DNA of 64,000 bases from Octopus sinensis (lineage: Eukaryota). Positions 50,650 through 63,099 of the stretch are shown piece by piece (positions within the stretch are counted from its first letter, which is position 1; the number at the start of each line of letters is the position of its first letter). The stretch is taken from contig NC_043005.1 of the NCBI RefSeq assembly GCF_006345805.1, forward strand, positions 32,612,001 through 32,676,000. The letters run 5' to 3'. The position numbers and the translations under genes are program-made. The notes beneath the pieces are model-generated. The model did no database searches and was not told the DNA's origin. It saw nothing but the letters and a program-made list of their open reading frames with translations.

Positions 50650-51807
50650 GTTTCAACCACTAAACTGTGGCCATGCTGGAGCACTGCTTTGAAAGCTGTT
50701 ATTAGCTATAACAGTAAATTCGTGATCTTTTGTGACTTACAGCCTAGCATTTACTATTAGGCAGTTGTTGATGTGGAAAATACTTAGTAGAAAGATGAAA
50801 CAGATGTGTCTAATATGACATACCCCGCATGCATGTACATACATACACAGAGAAATATGTGTATTGAAAATTCTTTGTAGTTAAGTTTGTAATATGGATG
50901 TGTGGGTGTGGAGTGTGAGGAGGAACCTAATAAAAGAGTTATTGTCCTTACAGGAATGGCATCTCCATTTATTTATCTTGGCCTCTTTCTTCCTATCAAT
51001 TGATAAGCTGATTGTTTTGGAGACAGAGGGATGGTTACTGAATGTGTCCTCCCTCCCACTCCTGCTTTCCGTTTCCTCCTCCTTTACCACCACCACCAGA
51101 AAAACAATAACAACAAAAGTAATTGGCGCACCTCCTTGAAATATGCTTTCAAAATCAAGTAGATAAACCAGTCTCTCCAATGTGTTTACCATTTTATTGT
51201 AATTGTGGAGTGGAAAAAAGTCCTTGACCTCCATCAGATCCATTTGCAATCCCTTGCAATGTCTCTGGAGAGATATATAGAAATTTACTGCTTCAAAAAT
51301 TGTTGGTTTATTATTTGTCTCCTCCATCACTTTACTCTTAGCTCATCTTCCTCCTCCTCCCCAAATATCCACCACCATAATGATAGCTGTTAATATATGT
51401 GATAGTGATGAGACATCCGGCTATTGTTGTGTCAGAAGCATAGAGTACTATATTGTAGTACTCAATACTGGTGTGGAACTTGAAGTGCTGGACAATAACA
51501 AACTGAATCCAATGCCTATCACACTCTGTAAATCCTGTTTTCTGGTAGAACACCTGATTGGAGGAATATGAGAAGTATGAATAATATGGCCTAAAACTCT
51601 GTGTCATCTTGTTGGCGCTTTAGAGTTTCCAAGTTGTGTATTCAAGATAACAACTCTGTATTCCTTGTCTTATTTGATCCTTGAACTTTCATTATTTTCT
51701 TCAATGAGTGGTTGGAATCTTAGCAAGTAGAATTGTTTCACTTGGATTGTAGTTGATTTAGGTAATAAAGTGTGCTCAATGTGTATGATTATAATAATAA
51801 TGATAAT

Positions 51808-52024
51808 GATCCTTTCTATTATAGGTATAAGGTCTGGATTTTTGTGGGGAGGGGTACAATTGATCACATCAACCCTAGTACCTGACTGGTACTTAATTTA
51901 CAGACCCCTGAAAGGATGAAAGGCAAAGTTGACCTTGGCGGGATTTGAATTCAGAACATAGCAACAACTGAAATGCCACTGAGCTTTTCGCCTGGTGTAC
52001 TAACAATTCTTCCAGCTCACTGCT
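51808..52024 (-). mobile_element. SINE family A
   Basis: GGATGAAAGGCAAAGTTGACCTTGGCGGGATTTGAATTCAGAAC. Confidence 0.9.
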
Positions 52025-52144
52025 TTATAATAATAATAATAATTATGATCAGTCTTGTGTGTATTGTCTGCCAGTGTAACTCATATCTTCACTTGAATCA
52101 TGTATCAGAGCAATGACATAAGAAATGATAGTTTAAAACAATGA

Positions 52145-52192
<48 letters not shown>

Positions 52193-52744
52193 TTCTAATT
52201 TTGTTGTGTCTGGGGAGAGCCATATTGCTGTAATATATTTAACACACTCAGATTCAATTTCCACTCATTTGTTTGTTTATATATTTTTATCTTTTCCAAA
52301 AGGCTTTTTTGTTGCTTTTGCAACTGTATCAATGGATATTGACACTATCCAATATCGAAGCTGTGTTCCTTTTGTCTGAGATTTTGTTGCAAGATTTCAT
52401 TGTGTGAGTGTGTGTGTGCACCAGCGTGCATGTGTGCTTGTGTATGCACATATGTATTCTACATATTCATGTTTTGTGTGTGTGCATGCTTGTGTGTTTG
52501 TGCATGTATGTGTGTATTTGTGTGTACCACTGCTTCTTTGCATGTGTGTTTGAGTGTGTTTATGTGTATGAGTTTGTGAGTATGCATGTGCACCTGTTAC
52601 ATATGCATATGTGTCTCCATGTGTCTTTGTGTATATGCATGTATGTGTAGAGTGTGAATGTATATTTGGTCATGTGTTTCTGTTTCCTTTTGTGTGTGTG
52701 TCTTCTAATTATTTAATTCTATTTGTGGTACGCTGTTAGGCATT

Positions 52745-52920
52745 TATGCTTGGGGATTTTAATTGATTTAAACAAGTCTAGTGTTGTATTTTATCAATCT
52801 TAGAGATATGAAAACCAAAGTCAAGTTTTGTGGGATTTGAACTAAGAATGTAAAGGGATATAGCTAAATACTGCAAGATATTTTGTCAACACACTATTGA
52901 TTCTGTCATCTGTTGCGCTT
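52745..52920 (-). mobile_element. Diverged SINE family A
   Basis: AAAGTCAAG..GGGATTTGAACTAAGAATGTAAAG. Confidence 0.75.
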
Positions 52921-52945
52921 AATAATAATAATAATAATAATAATA

Positions 52946-53131
52946 AACATCAGGACTTACAAATATATATAACATACAGAAAATTGCACTACTGGGCACT
53001 GTACACATCCTACGCAAAACACTTTTAATACAGTAACCATCAGAGCATCACAACAAATCACAGCACATACCCAAGACACACAGAGCTGCACTCAGTAGTG
53101 AAGTGAAAGCACGCTATAAAAATAAAACTTA

Positions 53132-53135
<4 letters not shown>
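52946..53135 (+). mobile_element. Young 5'-truncated R4/Dong-like 3' end within (AAT)n
   Basis: SGLTNIYNIQKIALLGTVHILRKTL* plus 3' UTR; (AAT)n on both sides. Confidence 0.9.
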
Positions 53136-53178
<43 letters not shown>

Positions 53179-53221
53179 TAATAATAATAATAATAATGAT
53201 GATGATGATGATAATACAATT

Positions 53222-54530
53222 TTGTCAGTCAACCATTTTTTTATATATGGATGACCTCAAGTTGTATTTTGTAAATGACAAACAACTAGAAACACTTCTG
53301 CAGACAGTATATAAATTTACCAGAAAGAAACTGATCTGAGATTTGAATTTTAAGAAAATGTATTGACACAACTTCAAAGAAAGAAAAATTAATGAAGAAC
53401 ACTAATATCATGTTAGATAAAGAAACAGAAATAAGAGAATTACTCCAACCACAGATTAACAAATACTTGGGAATCAGTGAACTAGGCAGTGTATGACATA
53501 CTGAGTCAAAGAAAAAAGTTAAGAAGGAATATTGTTGATGTATTTAATTAATATTTGAAACAGTTGAAGGCAAAAAATGTGGAAAATGTGGTGTGAATAC
53601 TGATGCTGTCTCTATATTAAGTTAGAATATGATCAACTGGATTAAGAATGAATGAATAAAACCAGACAGAACAACAGGGAGAAATATTGCCTGTATTTAG
53701 AATACACTACTTAAAATCTGACATAGAAAAGATATTTACCATGAATATGAGGAAGTAGGAGCCTTGTATATTAAGAAACTATTATAAAATATTCACTAGA
53801 AGCCTACAAAAATACTTTTTAAAGAATATTGGGAAATTACTGATACAATTAGAAAATAGTTACAAAATGTGCATTAAATAAAACACTGTTTTTTGTCTTC
53901 AAGAAATGCAGCCACTAGAAAATGGAAGGTGTAGTAAGAGATGTGAAGAGAAAGGGAAAATAGTAGCAACAGAATTTGTAGAAAAGTCAATATTAATCTA
54001 AAAATGAGGTTAAGGTATAGTATGCTGAAATGATGGTAAGAGAGACCCCTATATTACCAAGACCTAAAAATAGACAGAAAAAAATTGCAGTGTTGGCTGA
54101 CACAGAGTAGAGAATGAAGGATTCTTCATTATGGCACTGGATGAAAGCTGTCACACTAGAAACTATCATAAGTATGTAATGAACTAGAATACATTAACTA
54201 CTGAATATGTACAGATTTGAAAGAAACTATTAACTACTTTGTCATTGTTGCTTAGTTTCAGCCAAGAGAGGATGCATCTCCAGATATGAGAACATTGGCT
54301 TTATGTTGGCAGTTATGCCAGCACTATGAAATATCATTTGGAAGAGGTAGTGTTATGCACCAGAAAAAAATACCTTATGATGAAAAAGTAACCATGTCTT
54401 GGGATATACCAATCCACACTGACAAGACAATCGATGTAATTTGACCAGATATCAACCAGAGAATTATTAAAGATCACCAGAAAAAAAAAAAAAAAAAAGA
54501 AGCATCTTCTGATTGAAGTATGGTTCCTAA
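53222..54530 (+). mobile_element. Decayed R4/Dong-like RT-to-endonuclease fragment
   Basis: YMDDLKLY; KYLGISE; LCQHYEI; WDIPIHTDKT..PDI; LLIEVWFP. Confidence 0.8.
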
Positions 54531-54682
54531 TACGTTGAATATTATGTATTAGGAACCATACTTCAATCTGTCCATTTCTCTAGTAGATGTATTATCTAAA
54601 TACAAATCTTTCTAGAGTTTATTTAATCATTCATCTTTCTGGGGTGGGGTGGGGGTTATTTAAACAATTATGAGTCATAATA

Positions 54683-54881
54683 TTGCTTTCAAAATTTTGG
54701 CACAAGGCTATCATACTTGGAGGAGTGGTAAGTCAATTACATCAACCAAGTACTTAACTGGTACTTATTTTATTGGCCTTGAAAGTTAACCTTGGCAGAA
54801 TTTGAACTGAGAACTAAAAGATGGACAAAATGCTGTTAAGCATTTTGCCCAGTGCAGTAGGAATTCTGCCAGCTCGCCGCC
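54683..54881 (-). mobile_element. SINE family A
   Basis: AAAGTTAACCTTGGCAGAATTTGAACTGAGAAC..CTGCCAGCTCGCCGCC. Confidence 0.9.
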
Positions 54882-56420
54882 TTTTTTATGAGTTATAATG
54901 TTAGCTTTGATGATATCAAGCAGCTCTTTTTCATTGTTAGAAGAAATCCCTGATTTCACAAGAACATCTTTCCATGCTGATTGTAGATACATGGTTACAT
55001 AGTTTTGTAATTTTAAGTATCAAGAATTATTATCTGACCATGTTTTTTTTAAAAAAAACTATAGTTCTCAAGTTAGTATAGACCCTTGAACTCAACCTAT
55101 AGTGTATAAGCCTATCACTTTTTTTTAAGAACACTGTTTATGAAACACCAGTCTTTTATGTAAGAGTTATGTCTGAAGAGGGTATGGATAAAATGTTAAT
55201 ATAAGTAACAAATGACCAGAGTAATTAATTTTTAGAGTGGCACCAGGTAGTAAAAAGATAATTATGATCTTTATTTTTAGCATGAGATATAATTATTTAC
55301 AGTCTAAGTAAAGTCTTGTGAGGGGACTCAATAACATTTAATTGTGTTGATTTAATTTCAAAATGTAAAGAAGACATTTGTCTTTTTCTACTTTGTTAGT
55401 AAAATATATAGTTTCAGTGTGTGGAGGAGGTGTAATAGCCCAACATTTCAGCAGAGTTGAGGGTTGAAGTGAGCAACTTGATATTCTATAATGAAAGTTA
55501 GCTGTTGTTGGGTGTTAGTGTTCTGGGCATGGCAATGGTAATAGTATTTCCCAGTATATGACACTAATGTAGACACACTTGATGAGTCACCCTGACCTCA
55601 ACACTGGATAATCAGTTTGAGTAGATTGATACCAGTAAACTGTTGCTACATCGCCATCTTCTTTATTACTGCAACCATATCTGTTGCTCTTTGCTCATTA
55701 TGCAAAACATTGACTTTCTATGTATCTTCTTCATTGGACTGCATCTCATCTGTTGGCCCCATTATTTTCAGATTTAAACTAAATATTTCATCTCTAGTCT
55801 TCTTTGTTCCATCTTCTCTAAAATAAGTTTGTATGTGTGTGTCTATATATATCAACACACATACACAGCACGCATACACACACACACACGAAATCTCCCA
55901 TTACCAACATGCAGCAATATTTCACTATACATCCATTACCCATTAAGCAGCAGTGTTTTCAAATTGTTATTCTTGTTTTCAATTTCATTGTAAACTATTC
56001 TTTAGGGTAGACACATTAAGAGAAGGACATTACCAACTAGCAATTTGAATTTGGTTACACATTTCATTGCCCTTACAACTTACTGTGGTGCCATTAATTT
56101 CCACATTGTCACTTGGGGTATCCAAAATTGATACCTAGGCCTGACTATCAACATTCATCTTTGCAATATGTTTTTATATTTGCTTAGTCTTCTAAAGTTT
56201 ATTATCTTAGCTATTTTTAATTCATATATTAACTGTGCCACTAAGGAGGAGCACAAACTGTTTGAACTCCTGCACGTTTTGCTATTGTAAAATATCCTAT
56301 TTTAAATATTGCTCACTGTAGCTCAACCATGACAGTATAACTTCTTTAGTTTCAGTGCTGTAGATAATTCCTACTACTACTGATTGTATGCTTTTATATT
56401 ATTATTATTATTATTATTAT

Positions 56421-56690
56421 TTTTCAGTAGTTTTATTTTTTATAGCGTGCTTTCACTTCACTACCGAGTGCAGCTCTGTGTGCCTTGGGTATGTGCTGTG
56501 ATTTGTTGTGATGCTCTGATGGTTATTGTATGGAAAGTGTTCTGCGTAGGATGTGTGCAGTGCCTAGTAGTGCAATTTTCTGTATGTTATATGTGTTTGT
56601 AAGTCCTGGTGTTTTTGTTATGTATTTGTCTGAATATTTTTTTATCATGCCTAATGAACCTACTATGATAGGAATTGTTTCTGTTTTTAG
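56421..56690 (-). mobile_element. Young 5'-truncated R4/Dong-like 3' end within (TAA)n
   Basis: LKTETIPIIVGSLGMIKK..IQKIALLGTAHILRRTLSIQ*; about 93% identical by my count to 52946-53135. Confidence 0.92.
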
Positions 56691-56710
56691 ATTATTATTA
56701 TTATTATTAT

Positions 56711-56750
<40 letters not shown>

Positions 56751-56773
56751 GGTGGTGGTGGTGGTAGTAGTAA

Positions 56774-57205
56774 GGTGGAGAGCTGGCAGAATCGTTCACA
56801 TACTGGACGAAATGCTTGGCAGTATTTCACCCGTCACTATGTTCTGAGTTCAAATTCCGCCGTGGTTGATTTTGTAGTTCATCCTTTCAGGGTCAATAAA
56901 TTAAGGACCAGTGAAACACTTGGGTTGATGTAATTGACTCACCCCCACTCCAATTGCTGCCCTTATGGCAAAATTTAAAACCATTTTTAGTAGTAGTAGT
57001 ATGGCAGTAAGCTGGTAGAATTGTCAGTGTGATGGACAAATGCATAGCAGTATTTCTTTTGCTTTTTTTATATCCTGAGTTCAAATTCTACTGTGGTCAT
57101 CTTTGTCTTTAATCCTTTTGGGGGTTGATAAACTAAAGTGCCAGTCAAGTACTAGGGTTGATGTAATCGACTTACCCCTCCCACTAAAATTCCTGCCCAA
57201 AGCGG
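56774..57205 (+). mobile_element. Two tandem SINE A copies (56774-56983, 57003-57205)
   Basis: GAGCTGGCAGAATCGTT, GTTCTGAGTTCAAATTCCGCC. Confidence 0.9.
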
Positions 57206-57209
57206 AAGT

Positions 57210-57370
57210 TATTACTTGTTTTGGCCATTGTATTGTGGCTATGTTGGGGCACTGCATTGAAAAGTTTAGTCAAATATATCAACCCCAATAATTATTTTTA
57301 GTTGGTACTTATTCTATAGGTCTCTTTCACTGAGCTGCTAGGTTATGGGAATGTTAACAAACCAGCACAT
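57210..57370 (-). mobile_element. SINE family B 3' fragment
   Basis: GGTACTTATTCTATAGGTCTCTTT..GCTGCTAGGTTATGGG. Confidence 0.7.
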
Positions 57371-57974
57371 GTACACGTATACACACACAAAGAGCCAGAT
57401 GTCAATTGTAAACAAGTGTTGTTTGGTAAATTGTGTCTTGCTTTCACTAATTGCTTTAAGTGCCTCTCTAGTTGTAGTCTCCTCCCCTTTCACTTAGTGT
57501 CATATACAGGATTTGAAAGTTGGAGAGAGAGATGACTGCACCAGTACTTAGTTGGTACTCATTATTAGTTTTGTAGACTAGAGCAATGGGAAATGAAGTG
57601 CCTCATTTAACAACACAATGTGCTGTCAAACCCAGCAATTGACACAACAAATTAGGATCATGAGCTAAACATCTAACTACTAGGATATATGCCTCCCCCT
57701 CCCCCACGTACATACATTAGTTATACATTGTTGTGATTTTAGTCTAGTAAGAGTGAATTCATGTTATCAAACAGTTTCATGTTGAAAATCCTTCCAAGCT
57801 TAGAAAGGTTAATATAACAATCATTGGGCATTGCTGGATAGAATAGTGTAGGTTTGGTAGAGAGCTCATGCTTTATTCTTCAACGTAAAACAATCTGCTA
57901 ACCTGAATAGGCCATTGTGAGATTAAATTTATGTATTGTATGAATCATAGGACCTACTCTATTACCTAATGCTA

Positions 57975-58937
57975 ATATGGTCATGTAATGCATATGGATG
58001 GGGACAGCTACATACAGAAGTGCTGAACTCTAATTGTAGAGGGAATCTGTGAAAAGGAGTAGACTCAGGAAAATGTGGGATGAAGTAGTGAGGAATCTTC
58101 AAATGTTGAGCCTCACAGACGTGATGACAAGTGATTAGGATTCTGCCAATTTGCTGTGTTTGAAAGGATATGTGAAACTAAGTGAAATCATGGGCATTCA
58201 CTCATCATAGATGCAAGTCCCACTGCAAGTCCCTCCATTCTCTCATGGGCCTTTCTGCACACCTACCATGCCTTCACATATCTTCCCTATCCCCACTCTC
58301 AGCCTTTACAATTTCCTTCACTATCACTTGATACAGTCATGGCTTCAACATCTCTAAACATATCCACTCAAACCCTCGTGGAACATCCTTTTCTATCTGT
58401 TCTATACAATTTATACCCCACCCACTATTCCCTATAGGTAGACTCCAAAACATCTCAAACACTATCTCTCTCTCTCTCTCTCTCTCTTGAGCTTTCTCTC
58501 TCTCTCCCACCTCCTTTCTCATCCTACTGGGTAAGCAAGTATCTCCTCTATAGTAAAACAACTATCTCTGGTCTCTCTATTATACTCAGACCTCTCACCT
58601 AGAACACAGCCACATCCCTTGGTTCCACTGCCCCTTTTAACTAAGAGGTTTTTGTCTTGCAAGTTGCTTAGCAACCATGCTGGTGCTGGTGCCATGTAAA
58701 AGGCACATGTACTGGTGACACATAAGAAGCGTTGGTGCCAGTGTAACATGTAGAAGCGTCAGTGCAGGTGCTATAAAAAAGGAAGTACACTCTGTAAAGT
58801 GGTTAGCATTAGAAGAGCATCCAGCTGTAGAAACAATGCCAAAACAAGAGACTGATTCAGCTCTTCATCTTGCTGGCTTCAATCAAACTGTCCAAGTCAT
58901 GCCAGCATGGAAAACGAATGTTGAACAATGATGATAA
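57975..58937 (+). mobile_element. Old 5'-truncated RTE (ORF end, long 3' UTR, GAT tail)
   Basis: YGHVMHMDGDSYIQKC..WDEVVR; GTGGTTAGCATTAGAAGAGCATCCAGCTGTAGAAAC; GCCAGCATGGAAAA. Confidence 0.75.
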
Positions 58938-58995
58938 TAATACATATATATGTATGAGTATATCTATCTGTGTGTTTATGTATAATATGTATATA

Positions 58996-59044
<49 letters not shown>

Positions 59045-59064
59045 AAAAAAAATAAATGTGGCCG

Positions 59065-59260
59065 CGCGTGTACCGTTGACGATTTTTTTCATCTGTCTTC
59101 CTTTCTCTGGATCTTTCCTTCTCCTATGTTTCCGACAAAGATCTCCGCTTGAAACGTTAAACTCTCCTTCTTTCCTTCTTTCCTGAGCATCCAATAATAC
59201 TATATTTGTTCCACGTCCTCACGTTGTTGTGTTTTTTTGTGCTTTCTTGTTTGGATTAAC
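59065..59260 (+). mobile_element. Penelope-like terminal-repeat fragment with degenerate minimal hammerhead (59128-59162)
   Basis: GTTT-CCGACAA-A-GATC-TCC-GCTT-GAAA-CGTT-AAAC; homologous to 779-962. Confidence 0.6.
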
Positions 59261-59314
59261 TTTATATGTATATATATATGTACATGTATATATATGTTTA
59301 TGCATATATATATA

Positions 59315-59377
<63 letters not shown>

Positions 59378-59518
59378 ATATATATTATATATATATATAT
59401 ATATGTGTATGATGGTTGTTCAAAGTTTGAGAGGGAGAGAGTAAAGTATGAGAGAATTAGGAGGGTGCTTAGACGGGGGTGGGGGGTGGGGGACCTGAGG
59501 AAAGTCAGAGTTTTGCTT

Positions 59519-59838
59519 TTTATCTGTGTGGTTTGTGAGCAGATGTGTTTGAGCCATGCAGGCCTGGTGAGCCATCAAAATTCTCACAGAAATCGACATG
59601 ACAAGCAATGATGTGGCTATTAAAGTTCACAACAGAACGTGTGTAAAATGTGGAAGAATATACCTCTTAGTTGGAGGTCTAAAAGGACATGTTAAGAGAG
59701 TGCATATGGTGGCACCTGTTTCTCCTGCCAGCCAGCCAGCACAGTTGTCTAGTATGTAATAAGATGTGTAAAAGCTTGTCCGGGTTTAAAAATCAAAAAA
59801 GGGCAGCACACGGCAACAATTATGAATCATTTCAGTAA
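59519..59838 (+). pseudogene. Three tandem C2H2-like zinc fingers, frameshifted; probable LINE C-terminus
   Basis: CVVCEQMCLSHAGLVSHQNSH; CVKCGRIYLLVGGLKGHVKRVH; CLVCNKMCKSLSGFKNQKRAAH. Each lies in a different frame. Confidence 0.7.
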
Positions 59839-59949
59839 GTCTTCTTGGCAATGGCTTTTCTCGTATAATGAGGATGCAGCTGTAATATATATATATATGT
59901 ATATATATATATGTATATATATATATAAAACTTAGATAAAACTTAGATA

Positions 59950-60307
59950 TGTTTTGACCAAAGATTGGTCCAGGCCATGTCTAACTTAATAGCCCCACCT
60001 GATAGGATTATCTGAATCCTGTTTAAGTCAAGTTTTGTTTATGGTCCATTCAAGTGGTGAGTTTTTGTTGGGTGAGTTGTATCCAATTATGGGTGGCTTA
60101 TCTGGTATTCCTTGAAGGAATCTATCCAGACTCCGTTAGAAGTTGATGGGATCCTTTTGCTCTTTGATCTCTTTCGGGACAATGTTAAATAGGGCAGGGC
60201 CTGTTGAGGAAAAGAAATTTATGTTGCAGTGTACATGTATGCTGTGATCTTGAATTGGGCAGGGGACGTATGATCCGTGGTCCCAGTCTTGGATGAACCT
60301 TGAAGCT

Positions 60308-60310
<3 letters not shown>
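59950..60310 (-). mobile_element. CR1-group LINE 3' end
   Basis: [46 protein letters not shown]. Confidence 0.8.
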
Positions 60311-60353
<43 letters not shown>

Positions 60354-60391
60354 TACGTATGTGTATATATATATATGTGTGTGTGTGTATG

Positions 60392-60422
<31 letters not shown>

Positions 60423-60555
60423 GTATATATATATATGCATGTATGTATATATAGGTATATATATATATATGTGTATATATATCTATCTGTGTATATATAT
60501 ATATATTTATATGTATGTATATAGATATGTATATGTTTGTATATATACAAATTAG

Positions 60556-60923
60556 GAGGAATGACCACCAAAGTGGATTCCTAATATGATAAAGATAGAC
60601 GTCAAATCACCTTACCATGAAGAGTGTGTTCTCAAGAAAAATTTCAGCAGAATGTGAAAATGAGCAAGGCAAATGAAAATATATGAAATAAAGAATGATT
60701 ACCTATGGACCATGGTTTTGTTTGTTAATATTTACGAATGTAAATACCTGCAAACTCATCAGCATAAATACCATGGTCTGTAGGTAATTGTTTTTTTATT
60801 TCATTAATTTTCATTTGTCTTGCTTATTTTTCCATTCTGGCATTTGCTGCAATTTTTTTTGTGATAAGGCGATTTAACGCCTATCTTTAGCATATTAAGA
60901 ATTCACGTTGGTGGTCATTTCAC
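60556..60923. mobile_element. Fold-back MITE (~365 bp, long imperfect inverted arms)
   Basis: Left GAATGACCACCAAAGTGGATTCCTAATATGATAAAGATAGACGTCAAATCACCTTA versus reverse complement of right AAATGACCACCAACGTGAATTCTTAATATGCTAAAGATAGGCGTTAAATCGCCTTA; inner arms also pair. Confidence 0.88.
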
Positions 60924-61052
60924 TTAATTTGTATGTAATATAATTTTTAATCTTTAGATTTTTAAATATGCTAAGCCACTGGTTTTAATTGATTAATATC
61001 AATTTCTACTCTCATTATTTAATTTTATGTATGTATGTATATATGCGTGTGT

Positions 61053-61117
<65 letters not shown>

Positions 61118-61133
61118 TAGATAGATAGATATC

Positions 61134-61171
<38 letters not shown>

Positions 61172-61198
61172 ATACATATATAGATATGTATATATATA

Positions 61199-61358
61199 GG
61201 CGCAGGAGTGACTGTGTGTAAGAAGATTACTTCCTAACTGCATGGTTCCGGGTTCAGTTCCACTGCGTGGCACCTTGGGCAAGTGTCTTGTACTATGGCC
61301 TTGGGCCGACCAAAGCCTTGTGAGTGGATTTGGTAAATGGAACTGAAAAAAGCCTGTC

Positions 61359-61365
<7 letters not shown>
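61199..61365 (+). mobile_element. SINE family B 5' half
   Basis: GGCGCAGGAGTG..GGTTCCGGGTTCAGTTCCACTGCGTGGCACCTTGGGCAAGTG. Confidence 0.92.
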
Positions 61366-61399
<34 letters not shown>

Positions 61400-61449
61400 T
61401 AGATAAATAAATAAATGGAGTTAAATGCAGGTGTTATTTAAATTCTTTT

Positions 61450-61537
61450 ACTTCTGACACATGTTTCGAAGATATCACTGGTATTATTCCAAAGGAATAA
61501 AATGGTATAAAACAATGTAATCTTCTCTTCAGGGAAA
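61450..61537 (-). ncRNA. Candidate type I hammerhead ribozyme
   Basis: Minus strand: CTGAAGA (61532-26), stem II GAAGAT/ATCTTC with 46-nt loop, GAAA (61467-64), C-ATGT-GTC. Predicted cleavage after 61456. Confidence 0.55.
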
Positions 61538-61573
61538 TGAAGAAATGAAACTCGTCAATAAATATTTATTAAA

Positions 61574-62138
61574 ATAATAGGGCACTTGGTAAAACTTAAT
61601 AGTGTAAAATATACACATATACATGAATAAAAGGTGATAAACCCTAAAAGGTTAATACAAGTGAAATTGAATTAAGAAAAAATATATGGTATAAATTCAT
61701 GCTTAATAAAGGCGACTAAAATAATGTAAACATAAATATATAAAAATACAAGAGTATAAATATAAAAAATAAAGTGTAAGGTAACCAGAACGGTCCATTT
61801 ACGCCCATCTCTATGTTTGTTTCAAAGGATGCTGCTTCACATTGTTAATGTACAATCCCTTGAGGAAATTGAATGGCATCATCTTTTCATCAGGAGAAAA
61901 CTTCACATTTCTGGTTATTACATTGTTCAATTGCAGACAAGTTATTTTTATATATTTATATTTTTTTTTAGCTCCATTGCCTTAGATTTTTAGTTGCCTT
62001 TATCATCCATGAATTTATTCCATATATTTTTCTTCATTTGACTTCACTCACATTAACCTTTTAGGTTCTCTCACCTTTTATTTGTGTTTATGTGTATATT
62101 TTATACTGTTGGGTGTTACTGTTGGGTGCCCTATTATC
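61574..62138. repeat. Imperfect ~150-bp inverted repeat (61574-61721 / 61988-62138)
   Basis: ATAATAGGGCAC..AAAATATACACATA..AATAAAAGGTGA..CCTAAAAGGTTAAT..GAAAAA(A)TATATGG..TAAATTCATG..TAAAGGC(G/A)ACTAAAA present in both orientations. Confidence 0.88.
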
Positions 62139-63099
62139 TAATATATAAATCCCGTTCTGTCTGTTTTTTTGTGCGCTTATAACTCGAGTATTGTTCATAC
62201 AATTGTGCTGAAATTTTAAACATGGATACTTGAGAGAGCAAGGCGTTCCGTAATCTAAAACATTTTTCAAAATTGTCAGCTTCAAAGTGAGAATCGCTAT
62301 TTTTGTAATCTTTTCGTTCTGCTTCTTTCACCATCCTGTTCATTAACCGGTGTTCTAAACAATTCATTTCTATGTTTTCACATTTAAATGACAGTTATAT
62401 GTAACTAAAGCTTGCTATTTGTAAATACAGTCTTATTTTAATTTAAATATTATACCACAAACAACTGTATTCATTTCCGCATTTTCACATGTTTGTAAGC
62501 AGCCAAACTCTTGATATCACTCTAACTTTAATTAACAGTAATCAATCACATGCATTCACAGTCAAATGTGTTCTTATGGCTGTTTTACATGCAATAAACC
62601 AGCTGACATGAAAAACTGCTTGGAAAAGGCACTTAATTCAAGTGAGCAAAAAAGTGAAAATAAAGCAAATAAATAACTGGTGATGACTCAATTTTCTGAA
62701 GATATTCTCAACAAAATTCAATTGAAAGTAGAAAAGACTAATTAATTACTAATGAAATGTGAAAAATTGGAGGGATTACATCTAAAATCTTGCCTCACAT
62801 TTCTCATTCAACTTTAAAAAAATAAATGGTATTGTTCAATTTTTGAGATAAAATTGATTTGCAAAGTACATGCCTTATGCTATTTTATTGCACATTGTGT
62901 TTTTTCACCTCTGAGTTTCAATTCTTTTTGTGTCAGTTTTTGAGAGAGGAGAGACTTCCCTAAGCATTTTTGCGCCTTTATTGAGTAACAGTTTCTACTT
63001 GCCTGTCCATCAGGTGATTAAAACTTCCATTTATATTTTTATTTGAAATTAATGTTACTTATCTCGTAATTCTTACCACTTTGACAGTGAAAATCGAAA

